60,171 nucleotides of DNA from Octopus sinensis (GCF_006345805.1 NW_021833940.1:1-60171), one strand, 5' to 3'. Shown: positions 41,216 to 53,700, numbered from the stretch's first letter. Notes: generated from the sequence alone by a model not told the origin. A program made the numbers and translations.

Positions 41216-41549
41216 ATGAGCACTGTCTCTTCTATAGGAGCTCAATGGTAAATTAAAACCTTCGTACTACATGCATATCTCATTCATCATTAACATATAA
41301 CATTTTGACATAATCTGTATTATTGTTTGTCAGGATATGTTTTAACCCTTTAGTGTTTAAACCGGCTATATCAGGCCAAAATTATCTTCCTGTTTTATGC
41401 TCAAAGCAGCCAGCTCTGACCTCTCACACCTACCCTACAAAGTCATTCTAAAAATAAACATAGACATCATCAAAATCTCAGAGTTACAAGATGCTGTACA
41501 ATTAATTAAAAACTATGTAATTAAACAAGCTTTACATTTGACAGAGTGT

Positions 41550-41868
41550 GAGGGCGCGTGGCTTAGTGGTTAGGGCATTCGGCTCATGATCGTAAGGTTG
41601 TGAGTTCGATTCCCGGCGACGCGTTGTGTCCTTGAGCAAGACACTTTATCTCACGTTGCTCCAGTCCACTCAGCTGGCAAAAATGAGTTGTACTTGTATT
41701 TCAAAGGGTCAGCCTTGTCACTCTCTGTGTCACGCTGATTATCCCCGAGAACTACGTTAAGGGTACACGTGTCTGTGGAATGCTCAGCCATCTGCACGTT
41801 AATTTCACGAGCAAGCTGTTCCGTTGATCGTATCAGCTGGGACCCTCGTCGTCGTAACCGGCGGAGTC
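41550..41868 (+). mobile_element. tRNA-derived SINE (family C, CORE-like central domain)
   Basis: A-box-like GTGGCTTAGTGG and B-box GAGTTCGATTCC. Body shared with 57671-58052 and 49680-49924. Confidence 0.85.
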
Positions 41869-42135
41869 TTTTTTAATCAATACACTATGTTTTTCTCCCT
41901 CTGTCTCTTCTACAGTTCCTCTGATATCCCCACCGCCCAAGCACACACGATGTGTATGTCTTGCTTCTTCTCGACATATCTGCTGTTCCTTACTTCACAG
42001 ACCCTATGCTTTATTCTACGCTTGAGCTTACTTTACCATGACTACAATCCTTTTTCTCCTCACCCAGGCTTTTATTACGAAAGTATATGAGCAGCACTGT
42101 CTCTTCTATAGGAGCTCAATGGTAAATTAAAACCT

Positions 42136-42361
42136 AAAAAGGCGGCGAGCTGGCAGAAACGTTAGCACGCCGGACGAAATGCGTAGCCGTATTTCGTCTG
42201 CCGTTAGGTTCTGAGTTCAAATTCCGCCGAGGTCGACTTTGCCTTTCATCCTTTCGGGGTCGATAAATTAAGAACCAGTTACGCACTGGGGTCGATGTAA
42301 TCGACTTAATCTCCTTGTCTGTCCGCTCTGTGTTTAGCCCCTTGTGGGTAGTAAAGAAATA
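42136..42361 (+). mobile_element. Family B SINE with a 15-bp target-site duplication
   Basis: GGTAAATTAAAACCT at 42121-42135 and 42362-42376. The empty site is visible in duplicate copy 1 near 41247. Confidence 0.93.
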
Positions 42362-42460
42362 GGTAAATTAAAACCTTCGTACTACATGCATATCTCATTC
42401 ATCATTAACATATTACATTTTGACATAATATGTATTATTGTTTGTCAGGATATGTTTTAA

Positions 42461-42872
42461 CCCTTTAGTGTTTAAACCGGCTATATCAGGCCAAAATTAT
42501 CTTCCTGTTTTATGCTCAAAGCAGCCAGCTCTGACCTCTCACACCTACCCTACAAAGTCATTCTAAAAATAAACATAGACATCATCAAAATCTCAGAGTT
42601 ACAAGATGCTGTACAATTAATTTAAAACAATGTAATTAAACAAGCTTTACATTTGACAGAGTAATCTGAATGCTATATCAGGCCAAAATTATCTTCCTGT
42701 TTTATGCTCAAAGCAGCCATCTCTGACCTCTCACACCTACCCTACAAAGTCATTCTAAAAATAAACATAGACATCATCAAAATCTCAGAGTTACAAGATG
42801 CTGTACAATTAATTTAAAACAATGTAATTAAACAAGTTTTACATTTGACAGAGTAATCTGAATGCTAAAGGG
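42461..42872 (+). mobile_element. piggyBac-type MITE with an internal ~190-bp tandem duplication
   Basis: TTAA-CCCTTTAG ... CTAAAGGG-TTAA. A truncated copy starts at 41346. Confidence 0.85.
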
Positions 42873-42933
42873 TTAAAGCAGAACACTTTTAAAATTTTTA
42901 ACTGTGGAAGGAAAACGAACATATAATCTAAAC

Positions 42934-43928
42934 CAGGAGTTCTCGAACATTTTTAATCTGTGGCCCCCTTTGATTACTATTTTATTCTGGTGGACCCCCC
43001 CCCCCCCATAGCCATTCGATGTTCAAAAACTAGTTTTATAGAAACGTCTTTCAAAATTCCTATTTTGTTCTTCACGTTTGCTTTTGTAGGTTTAACTATG
43101 CAAAATGATGGAGTAAGAAACCTAGCCGTTTCTTGCGATACATATCAATACATACATAAGGCGGCGGGCTGGCAGAAACGTTAGCACGCCGGGCGAAAAG
43201 CTTAGCGGTATTTCGTCTGCCGTTAGGTTCTGAGTTCAAATTCCGTCGAGGTCGACTTTGCCTTTCATCCTTTCGGGGTCGATAAATTAAGTACCAGTTA
43301 CACACTGGGGGTCGATATAATCGACTTAACCCGTTTGTCTGTCCTTGTTTGTCCTCTCTGTGTTTAGCCCCTTGTGGGTAGTAAAATAGGTATTTTGTCT
43401 GCCGTTAGGTTCTGAGTTCAAATTCCACCGAGGTCGACTTTGCCTTTCATCCTTTCGGGGGTCGATTAAATAAGTACCAGTTATGCACTGAGGTCGGTAT
43501 AATCGACTTAATCCGTTTGTCTGTCCTTGTTTATCCCCTCTGTGTGTAGCCCCTTGTAGGCAATAAAGAAATAAGAAACGTTAGCACGCCGAGCGGAATG
43601 CTTAGCGGTATTTCGTCTATCTCTACGTTCTGAGTTCAAATTCCACCGAGGTCGACTTTGTATGTTATCCTTTCGGGGTTGATAAATTAAGTACCAGCTG
43701 TGTACTGGATCGATCTAATCGACTGGCCCCCTCCCCCAAAATTTCGGGCCTTGTGCCTAGAGCAGAAAAGAATACATACTAATACATACATCTAAAGTAA
43801 ATGTTTTTCAGGGGTCCTCAATTTACTGTTTTGAAGCATGGATCCCCAATTTACTATTTTGTAGCATGGATCCCCCCAAATTTTATATGGACCCTCAGGG
43901 GCCATATGGACTCCAGTTGAGAACCACT
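42934..43928. mobile_element. hAT/Charlie-like MITE interrupted by a SINE cluster
   Basis: Ends CAGGAGTTCTCGAAC / GTTGAGAACCACTC resemble CAGTGGTTCTCAAC TIRs. The TSD is not clean. Confidence 0.5.
43158..43770 (+). mobile_element. Concatenated family B SINEs (about three)
   Basis: One full head at 43158, then restarts at internal positions after each tail. Confidence 0.88.
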
Positions 43929-43944
43929 CATTTAATAATATAAT

Positions 43945-44475
43945 ACTTTCTACTATAGGCACAAGGCCTAAAATTTTGGTGGTGGTGGTGGGGGAGGGGG
44001 TTAGTCGATTACATCGATCCCAGTGCGTAACTGGCCAAAAAGATGAAAAATAAAGTTGACCGCGGCGGAATTTGAACTCAGACTGACGAAATGCTGCTAA
44101 GCATTTTGTCCGGCGTACTAACAATTCTGCTCGCTCATCGCCTACAATGAAGCGCTTTTACAAAATCAATAACAGTGCCTCAATACAGAAATGGGATCAT
44201 TTATAAAACGTGGAATTTCCACAGGTCCGACTGACTTCCTTTATCTTTTAATTTTTACTTGTTTCAGTCGTTGGACTGCGGCCATGCTGGAGCACCACCT
44301 TGAAAGGTTTAGTCGATTAAGTCGACCCCGTACTTACTTTTAAGTTTGGTACTTATTCTGTCGGTCTCATCTTGCCGAACTGCTAATGTAAGGGGATGTA
44401 AACAAACCACTATTGATTGTTAAGCGGTGGTAGGAGACAAATACACACACACATATCACATATATACGACGAGCA
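43945..44475 (-). mobile_element. Family B SINE (about 43945-44145) and 3' half of a family A SINE (about 44255-44475)
   Basis: Similarity to the in-window full copies. Confidence 0.75.
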
Positions 44476-44690
44476 TGACGACCCTTCCTGACACGAGCAC
44501 CGGATTCAGTTGGCTTTGGCTAGGGTAAATAGCCTCACTGCCTAGTGAGATTACGGGTAGGGAATAAACCTTATAAATCCGGGTGGAGATCCTCAGGCAG
44601 TCTGGTGCTCAACTTAAAACTTGCCCAGAAACTCTTACAGCTAAATTCGTGCCAAATGCTCTGCACTATACGCCTTTATGTTGCCCAAGA

Positions 44691-44735
<45 letters not shown>

Positions 44736-44914
44736 AGAATTTCTGGCGTGTGGTCAACCCAAAATCTCAGTATTCCTAACCTACGCAAGGACCCGATAGA
44801 AGTCACTTTAGTTACTACCGACAATTGATACAAATCTTTCTTCCGTGAGACAGACACATGCCACAGGGACGTAAATGCATGTATATATGTGTGTATGTGT
44901 GTGCTTGTGTGTGT

Positions 44915-44955
<41 letters not shown>

Positions 44956-45081
44956 TGTGTGTGTGTGAGTATGAATACATGCATGTGCGTTTGTGTGTGT
45001 GTGTGTGTGTGAGGCTTTGGTTATGGAGTAAAATACCTTTGGCCATTTTGAGTGTTATCGTTTGCGTCACCTTTACGCCGA

Positions 45082-45149
<68 letters not shown>

Positions 45150-45578
45150 ATGTTATAAATTTTCAGTACGCATAATATCTGCAAACATGTTTCCACTCTA
45201 TGTAATCGAAGAATATACTGGGTGCGCATTCGTGTTATAAACACATATTTCACTTTTGTATGCTTAAACGCATGTGTAAGCGTGTGGTTATTACGTAGTA
45301 TTGCTGTCAAATCTTTGTTCTTCTGGTTATGACTCCCAATTGATTTCCATTTTTCTTTTTTTTTTTTCGTTTTGATATCGTTTCAGTTAGACAGCCATAC
45401 ATTTAAAAGGCTGGTAGCCATTTTGAATGAGCAACCGATCCAATTTTTATCTTTTAATTTCCCAACTATAGCTTTTGTTGCAGGTGCATTCAAGGTTACT
45501 CAGTATAAATCGTAGTTTTACACTGGAAAACCTTTTGGATGCACTAAATGCTGCAGAAGCATCAGTAACAGCAGCTGC

Positions 45579-45618
<40 letters not shown>

Positions 45619-45900
45619 GCAGCACCAGCAGCAACAGCAGCAGCAATAGCACTATCACCATGACCAACAATAGCCATCGTTACAATCATCACTATCATCA
45701 CCATTGTCATCACCGCGAATCAATGAAAAGCCTAGAGTTCCTAGAAATAGCAACCAAACATCCCTCATGTAATACCCTGTCGTCACAGAAAAGAACGCAG
45801 TTGGATAGTGTGATTCTGGATTATCTATGACTGGGAAGAGACCAGGTGGTCACGGCCCCAGACCCACTAGATAACAATGATGAAACAGCCACCGTTATTC

Positions 45901-46682
45901 ATTTCTTTATCGGCCATAAGAGACTAAACATAGAGGGGACAAACAAAGACAGACAAAGGGATTAAGTCGATTACATCGACCCCAGTGCGTAACTGGTACT
46001 TATTTAATCGACCCCGAAAGGATGAAAGGTAAAGTCGACCTCGGCGAAATTTGAACTCAGAACGTAGCGGCAGACGAAATACCTGTTTCTTTACTACCCA
46101 CAAGGGGCTAAACACAGAGAGGACAAACAAGGACAGACAAACGGATTAAGTCGATTATATCGATCCCAGTGCGTAACTGGTACTTATTTAATCGACCCCG
46201 AAAGGATGAAAGGCAAAGTCGACTTCGGCGGAATTTGAACTCAGAACGTAGCGGCAGACGAAATACCTGTTTCTTTACTACCCACAAGGGGCTAAACACA
46301 GAGAGGACAAAAAAGGACAGACAAACGGATTAAGTCGATTATATCGAGCCCAGTGCGTAACTGGTACTTATTTAATCGACCCCGAAAGGATGAAAGGTAA
46401 AGTCGACCTCGGTGGAATTTGAACTCAGAACGTAGCGGCAGACGAAATACCTGTTTCTTTATAACCCACAAGGGGCTAAACACAGAGAGGACAAACAAGG
46501 ACAGACAAACGGATTAAGTCGATTATATCGACCTCAGTGCGTAACTAGTACTTATTTAATCGACCCTGAAAGGATGAAAGCCAAAGTCGACCTCGGCGGA
46601 ATTTGAACTCAGAACCTAACGGCAGACGAAATACGGCTACGCATTTCGCCCGGCGTGCTAACGTATCTGCTAGCTCGCCGCC
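45901..46682 (-). mobile_element. Family B SINE concatemer: one head plus four ~184-bp body units
   Basis: The unit AAACACAGAGAGGACAAACAAGGACAGAC...GAACTCAGAACGTAGCGGCAGACGAAATACC repeats four times. The head GGCGGCGAGCTAGC occurs only at 46682. Confidence 0.92.
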
Positions 46683-47384
46683 CTTTATTATCAGACATCT
46701 CCCCCGTTTCCCATCCTCTCCTCCCTTCAGCCTACAATTTAGTAAACAGGTAAAAATATTTTACTTCGCAAAACAAATAAAGGTAAGCCACCAACACAGA
46801 GTTACAAACCGCCAGGTGGGTAAGAACAGGTTACTTTACGACTCTGAACCCTTTCCGCATTTCATCTGTAAAGTTAGTTCTCCGAAATTTCGTCTAAGTA
46901 TCTTCAGCTTAAGCAGAGTCGTGAAAACTCCTAAACCCGTTTTAGAGAGAGAGACGGCCATATTAAATCAGAGAGAAAAAAGGTCTGCAAAAATATAAAT
47001 GCATGATAAAAGTGTTTGAAGATGAAAGTTCTTTACCATCTTGGATAATGGAGATGTTTAAATATTCTGAAATCTTTTACGGTTGTAAGCATATACCACT
47101 ACCAGAACCACCACCAACACTTCCGCCATCATCAACGGCAACAGTTGTTTCTTATTTAGGTAAAAAGTCAGTAATTTTTGAAGGCAGTAGGTTAGTTGAT
47201 TAAATTGATCCAGTACTTTATTGATTCTCTATTTTTTCGATCTCGGAAAGAGGAAAAGCAAAATTGTCCTCGAGAGTAGTTTGAACTCAAAACGCTAAGA
47301 GCCAGAAGAATACCGCTTCTTATTTTGTACGATGCTCTAACAAGGCTGTCAAACCACTACCAAATAATAATAATTATAATATAC

Positions 47385-47923
47385 CAAGCAGTGGCTCTCA
47401 TGGCTTCTGATCTTAACTGATTGGAAGTGTCATCATGTACATTGTTTTGTCTTGGTATAAAAGATGGGCTACAGCAAATATTCTGCTCAATACCACAGAT
47501 TTGCTTGTCAGTTGTTTGACCGTAACCAGTTGAGCATGCCCCTTAGTGGCTGACGATATGTGCATCTCTGATCACGAGCAGAAGTAGTGGGGGAGCATCA
47601 TAGCCATGTGTTGAAAGGGATTCTTTGGGATTTGAATAATTCACCTCTGGAAACATGGGTGGTTCTTTCAACATCCTTAAACAACCCTTATTCAGGGACC
47701 TTTTGAGCGGAATGGGCTACTCAACCTGAAGAAAATTCTAGCTGGGCCCCACCTGCAAGGTCATGTGCTGTTTATCTTGATATGAGATCACCATGTCGCG
47801 CACATATGGTTGTGATGCATGTGCCTGGTGTACCTTTATCAGACGGGTAGTCATGATGGGTATATTGGGCTTCGTATATTTTACCCCAGTGTCACTTTGA
47901 TGGCATGAACTGCTCTCTCACTC

Positions 47924-47990
<67 letters not shown>
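47385..47990 (+). mobile_element. Probable non-autonomous retroposon (about 540 bp) with an (AAT)n tail
   Basis: Non-coding block ending CTCTCTCACTC-(AAT)n. Recognised only as a common octopus-type interspersed repeat; no motif assigns the family. Confidence 0.45.
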
Positions 47991-48212
47991 TAATTTATTC
48001 TTTTATTAGCCACAAGGGCTCACATACTAAAACATTAGATGACATACAACAACATAAAAGACAAAAACATGACGATATCGCGTTTACACAAAATAATAAG
48101 AATAAAAATTGAACAAATTAGAACTCCCAGTAGGAGAGGCGCTTTAAGGTCCTTGTGGAAAACCTACAAAAGCCACGGGTGCCTGATCAACAGAGCAAGA
48201 GTCATTCTCCTT
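47991..48212 (-). mobile_element. Short 3' end of an L1/Tx1-like LINE
   Basis: The minus-strand end GAGCCCTTGTGGCTAATAAAAG matches the 3' end of the copies at 1924 and 4851. Confidence 0.5.
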
Positions 48213-48239
48213 TTAATAATAATAATAATAATAATAATG

Positions 48240-48277
<38 letters not shown>

Positions 48278-48278
48278 T

Positions 48279-48744
48279 TGAAAGACCAAAACAATAAAGT
48301 TTGCTTATTGATCGACATGAGCATCCCCTGTGATCATAATATCTCAGCGAAAGAGTTTGACAAGCTCAGAAAATATAAAGACCTACTCATTGAAATTGAG
48401 AAAATGTGGCATCTCAAGGCGGTTACAATACCAATGATCGTAGGAGCACTAGGAATGATCAAGAAGGGAACCGAAAATTATATGAGAATGATCCCTGGCT
48501 TACCATCCCTGCAAGAAGTGCAAAAGATTGTCTTAACTGGTACATCACACGTATTGAGAAGAGCATTGTCGATGTGAGAACTGTTGCTGCTCATGTATTT
48601 TAATTTAACTTAGAAAAAAAAAAATGAACGAACTACTGAGTTTGGTTTAATGGCCTACCAATGAATACTATGAGTTTCTTTGCCCTAGGAGTCGGGAAGA
48701 CACTCGGCAAGAAATGGAAGCAAATTTGAAAGAAGAAAAAAAAA

Positions 48745-48800
<56 letters not shown>
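48279..48800 (+). mobile_element. R4/Dong-clade LINE 3' end (restriction-like endonuclease domain, 3' UTR, (TAA)n) in a (TAA)n target
   Basis: KDQNNKVCLLIDMSIPCDHNISAKEFDKLRKYKDLLIEIEKMW...IVGALG...VLRRALSM*, typical of the PD-(D/E)xK RLE C-terminus. Flanked by (TAA)n. Confidence 0.88.
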
Positions 48801-49041
48801 TGGAAACTATTCGAAAAGTGGAGTCTAGAGAAAGGCAATACGTGAAATGGGCACAAACCGCATAGAGTTCAGAATCGGAGAGCTGCAAAATCCTGTGGGA
48901 CGTCCCAATCCAAACAGATGAAGTGCTAGAGTACAACAAGCCAGACCTAGTGGTGGTGGACATGATGAACCATATGTGCTATATAATTAATGTTGTGTGC
49001 CCCTTTGACCAACGAACAGTCAAGAACAAAGGCGAAAAATA
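48800..49041 (+). mobile_element. Second RLE-LINE fragment (different subfamily), cut off by a SINE
   Basis: ESCKILWDVPIQTDEVLEYNKPDLVVVDMMNHMCYIINVVCPFD contains the RLE KPD motif. Confidence 0.82.
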
Positions 49042-49456
49042 GGCATAGGAGTGGCTGTGTGGTAAGTAGCTTGCTTACGAACCACATGGTTCCGGGTTCA
49101 GTCCCACTGTGTGGCACTTTGGGCAAGTGTCTTCTACTATAGCCTTGGGCCGACCAAAGCCTTGTGAGTGGATTTGGTAGACGGAAACTGAAAGAAACCC
49201 GTCGTATATATGTATATATATGTATATATGTATGTGTGTATATGTTTGTGTGTCTGTGTTTGTCCCCACAACATCGCTTGACAACCGATACTGGTGTGTT
49301 TACGACCCGTAACCGAGCGGTTCGGCAAAAGAGACCGATAGAATAAGTACTGGGCTTACAAAGAATAAGTCCTAGGGTCGATTTGCTCGACTAAAGGCGG
49401 TGCTGCAGCATGGCCGCAGTCAAATGACTGAAACAAGTAAAAGAGTAAAAGAGAGT
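49042..49456 (+). mobile_element. Full-length family A tRNA-derived SINE with a central microsatellite
   Basis: A-box-like GTGGCTGTGTGG, B-box-like GGGTTCAGTCCC, a central (TA/TG)n and an AAGAGT tail. Confidence 0.9.
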
Positions 49457-49679
49457 AATAGACATAGACAATCCTCTTAAATATGAGATAGCACGGTGAT
49501 GGAAAATGAAGAAGGTGAAGATAATGCAAGTTACTTTTGGGTCGTTGGGGGAGAATATCAGAAGGAATCAAGAGGAACACAAAGGAAATCGGAACAGAGT
49601 GCCTAGTAGAGCTGTTACAAAAGTTTTGCCTCCTTCGCACTATCAGAATAGTGAGGAAAATATTAAAAAATAAATAAAT

Positions 49680-49924
49680 GCGCCCTTTTAAAGCCTAGCC
49701 AGGCCCATGGGCTTGGTTTCCCGGTTCCAATGGCGTATGTGCTCTCCAGCTGGACGGGACGCCAGTCCATCGCAGCGTTACTCATTTTTGCCAGCTGACT
49801 GAACTAGAGCAACGTGAAATGAAGTGTTTTGCTCAAGAACACAACGTGTCGCCCGGTCCAGGAATCGAAACCACAATCTTACGATCATGGTGCTGACACC
49901 CTGACCACTAAGCCACGCGCCTCC
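49680..49924 (-). mobile_element. Family C-related tRNA SINE
   Basis: Minus-strand head GGAGGCGCGTGGCTTAGTGG...GGTTTCGATTCC, sharing the GTTGTGTTCTTGAGCAA...AAAAATGAGT domain with 41550. Confidence 0.82.
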
Positions 49925-50224
49925 ACCAGGAAAATATTAGATAATTGAAAAGAACAGATAGCATGGTACCGTGGGTGAAAGGTAGAAGAGTCCAGTTTGC
50001 TGGACATTGTTGTAGAGCTGAAAACGAGGTAATTTCTACTCTTCTCCTCTGGAAGCCATCTGCTCGCGATACCAGACGGCGCACACTCTCCTGCCCTGAT
50101 GTAATCTCCAGGGATACAGACATCCATCAACAGGACCTCCGTAATACTATGATGGACCGTGAAGTCTGGCGTAATATAGTAAATTCCATTATCTCGACAA
50201 CTGTCGAACAATTATGATGATGAT
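49925..50224 (+). mobile_element. RTE-clade LINE 3' end with a (GAT)n tail
   Basis: RRVQFAGHCCRAENEVISTLLLWKP...DVISRDTD...MMDREVWR is a typical RTE C-terminus. Confidence 0.85.
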
Positions 50225-50530
50225 GCATACAAGACTTCAGGAGCTCCAAGAAAACCAGAGTTAAAAGAAAAAAAGAAAATAATAAAAGAAAAAAGAAATC
50301 AACAAGTTGGATATACCAGAAGCTGAAAAGAGTAATAATCAGATTTTGAAGTTGCAGAACAAGTGAGGTCGTACCAATTAGGAATTACAAGGGAGAGACT
50401 CTAGCAGTGGGCAGAAAAGATTGGCTTGAAAAATCACGTAGAATTCATGCAAGTGGCCTGCTTGTTAGGAAACGGGAAGATCATTCGAAAGTTCTTGGAT
50501 GGTTGATATCACATGTGGTGACTTGTTATC

Positions 50531-50605
50531 CAAAAGTGAACCCACCTAAATTCCGTCTTTGAATAAACGAATAATGATGATGATGATGATGATGATGAGG
50601 ATGAC

Positions 50606-50637
<32 letters not shown>

Positions 50638-50823
50638 GGATGACGACGACGACGATAACGATGATGATGAAGAGGATGATGATTATCATCGTCGTCGTTG
50701 TCATCATCGTCGTCATCGAAACCATCATCATCGTCGTCGTCGTCATCATCGTAGTCGTCATCGTCGTCATCATCATCGTCATTATTATCATCATCATCAT
50801 CATCATCGTCGTCGTCGTCATCA

Positions 50824-50855
<32 letters not shown>

Positions 50856-50901
50856 ATCATCATCGTCATTATTATCCTCATCATCATCGTCGTCGTCGTC
50901 G

Positions 50902-50932
<31 letters not shown>

Positions 50933-50997
50933 TTATATGTTTCAAAAGTTTTTTTTGTAACTCACTTCTTTGACGGAATTTAGGTGGGTTTACTCTG
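50531..50997. mobile_element. TIR-bounded element filled with a (GAT/GAC)n-(CAT/CGT)n foldback tract
   Basis: GTGAACCCACCTAAATTCCGTC (50536-50557) against GACGGAATTTAGGTGGGTTTAC (50972-50993), with 1 mismatch. No clear TSD. Confidence 0.65.
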
Positions 50998-51069
50998 GCA
51001 TAGCAAGTCACCACCTGTGATTTCAACCACCACCACCACCACCACCACCACCACCACCATCATCATCAC

Positions 51070-51107
<38 letters not shown>

Positions 51108-51414
51108 CCATCACCATCATCATCATCATCCAATTAGTCGTTGCCGATCGTCACCGTCACAGCATCAGCTTCTTGACTGCTAGCTACAAGTTAAGCACCC
51201 ACAAAACATCCCAAACAAATAAATATACGCATATAATCACTTCCTTCCCCATCCTGACAGGAACATTCATATACACCCACCCATAACACCCATAAAATAA
51301 ACATCGCATTTTCTCATCAATTATTCAATACTCTTCTATTTGTCCCCTAAATCTTTTTACCCAAATCACATATAACGCATGCCCCCCTTCTACATATACT
51401 TCGCTGTGAGTTTA

Positions 51415-51416
51415 CA

Positions 51417-51496
<80 letters not shown>

Positions 51497-52040
51497 TTAA
51501 ATATTTTCATAAACATATGCATGTATATACGTTTCTGTATATATATATATATAAAATATCTATATTGGCATATGCATGTATATGCATTTATGTATATATA
51601 TATATATATAAGTATGTATGTGTGTGTGTCTGTGTGTATGTATATATTATACACATGAATATTTCCGCTTGTTTCCAATGATCTCATAAAATTCCAAGCC
51701 TTGCCTTCCCCCCTTTCTTCTTACTGTGCCCCCTCTGGTTATTTTATTTCAAAATGCAGCATGTATCTATCAATCTATCTTATATAGGGTATTATATCGT
51801 TGTTTGGAAAAGTTGTTCTTTTGGGTAAACCATGCCACGCAAGATTTCCTACAGAGGAAAACACACACACCACCACACACAGAACGACATGTATTGATAA
51901 ATGTCTTGCGTACAAATGTCTTGTATATATATATATATATGAGTATATATGTATTTAATATAATATACATAGCCATACACACACATACATACATGCATAT
52001 ATTTATATAAACATATAACATATGTAAATATATATTAAAT

Positions 52041-52073
<33 letters not shown>

Positions 52074-52154
52074 TATATATAATTATATATAATATTATAT
52101 ATATATATAATATATATATATATATATAATATAATATATATATATAATATATAT

Positions 52155-52221
<67 letters not shown>

Positions 52222-52535
52222 AATGATGTATGTATGTATGTATATACATATATACATATATGTATGAATGTAGACATATCCACGCACTATTGATAAATAA
52301 CCTATATTCCCAGAAACACGTATAGACATCTCATCACGAATCGCACCCCTTCCCTCTAAAAAGAAAAAAAGGGCAAAAGAAACATTATTAATAAATTCAG
52401 AAATTAACATCTACAAATACGAAAAACAACGAAAAGATCAACAAACACTAAATCGGGTTCACCCTTAATTTCTCTCTCTTCCCTCCACCCCTCTTTGTGT
52501 CTTTGTCTCTCACTGTCTCTCCTTCTCTGTCTCTG

Positions 52536-52575
<40 letters not shown>

Positions 52576-53409
52576 CTCTCTTTCGCTCTTTCTCTCCATG
52601 ACAACGGATATAGTTGGATACGCATGTTTAATTGTGTATCTTTTATCGACCTTCGATACTCGAAAATTAATTCATACCAACACACCATAGGTAGATGAGT
52701 CATAAAACCTCAGAGAAATAGGATAAAAATTGATTGGGAGATGTTTTCATATGTAGACATGTGTTGTGGTGGGCATGTATGTATGTATGTATGTATGTAT
52801 GTATGTATGTATGTATGTATGTATGTATGTATGTATGTATGTATGTGTGTATGTATGTATGTATGTATGTGTGTGTATGTATGTATGTATGTATGTGTGC
52901 ATGTATGTATGTATGTATGTATGTATGTATGTATGTATGTGTGTATGTATGTATGTATGTATGTGTATGTATGTATGTATGTATGTATGTATGTATGTAT
53001 GTGTGTGTATGTATGTATGTACGTATGTGTGGGTGCATATAATTATGAATGTCTGTATGTGTGTATTTATATATGAAAGTCAGTAGTCATACAAGTATAT
53101 ATATATATATGTATATATTTACATGTATATGTATACACACACACATATATATGTACATACGCACACACACATACACACAAGTATGTATTGTAGATAGTTA
53201 TATATATATATATAGTATATATATATATATATATATAGTTAATATGTGTTTTGTGTGTGTGTGTGGTTGTGTGTGGTCTGTGTGTGTGTGTGTACTTATA
53301 TGCACACACATCCACCTGCACAGCCAAATATATTGTATGTAATATATACATATAATTTACCTACTTCTCTATCTATCTATCTATCTATCTATCTATTTTA
53401 TCTATCTAT

Positions 53410-53443
<34 letters not shown>

Positions 53444-53621
53444 ATCTATCTATCTATCTATCTATCTACCTACCTACCTACCTACCTATCTATCTATCTA
53501 TCTCTCTTTCTATCATCATCTATCTTCTATCTATCTATCTATCTATCTATCTACCTACCTACCTCCTACCTACTACCTAAACCTACCTACCTACCTACTA
53601 CCTACCTATCCATCTCATCTA

Positions 53622-53658
<37 letters not shown>

Positions 53659-53700
53659 TTGTCTGTCTGTCTATTTGTATGTCTGTCTGTCTGTCTATGT
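51415..53700. repeat. Dense microsatellite field: (TA)n, (TC)n, (TATG)n, (TATC)n, (TCTG)n
   Basis: Direct reading. Confidence 0.92.

Larger units (their letters stand above)
41002..42662 (+). repeat. Direct duplication of about 546 bp (41002-41547 and 41873-42662) bracketing a SINE
   Basis: Both copies run from TTAATCAATACACTATG to TTACATTTGACAGAGT and differ by a few percent. Copy 2 carries an extra SINE. Confidence 0.9.
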
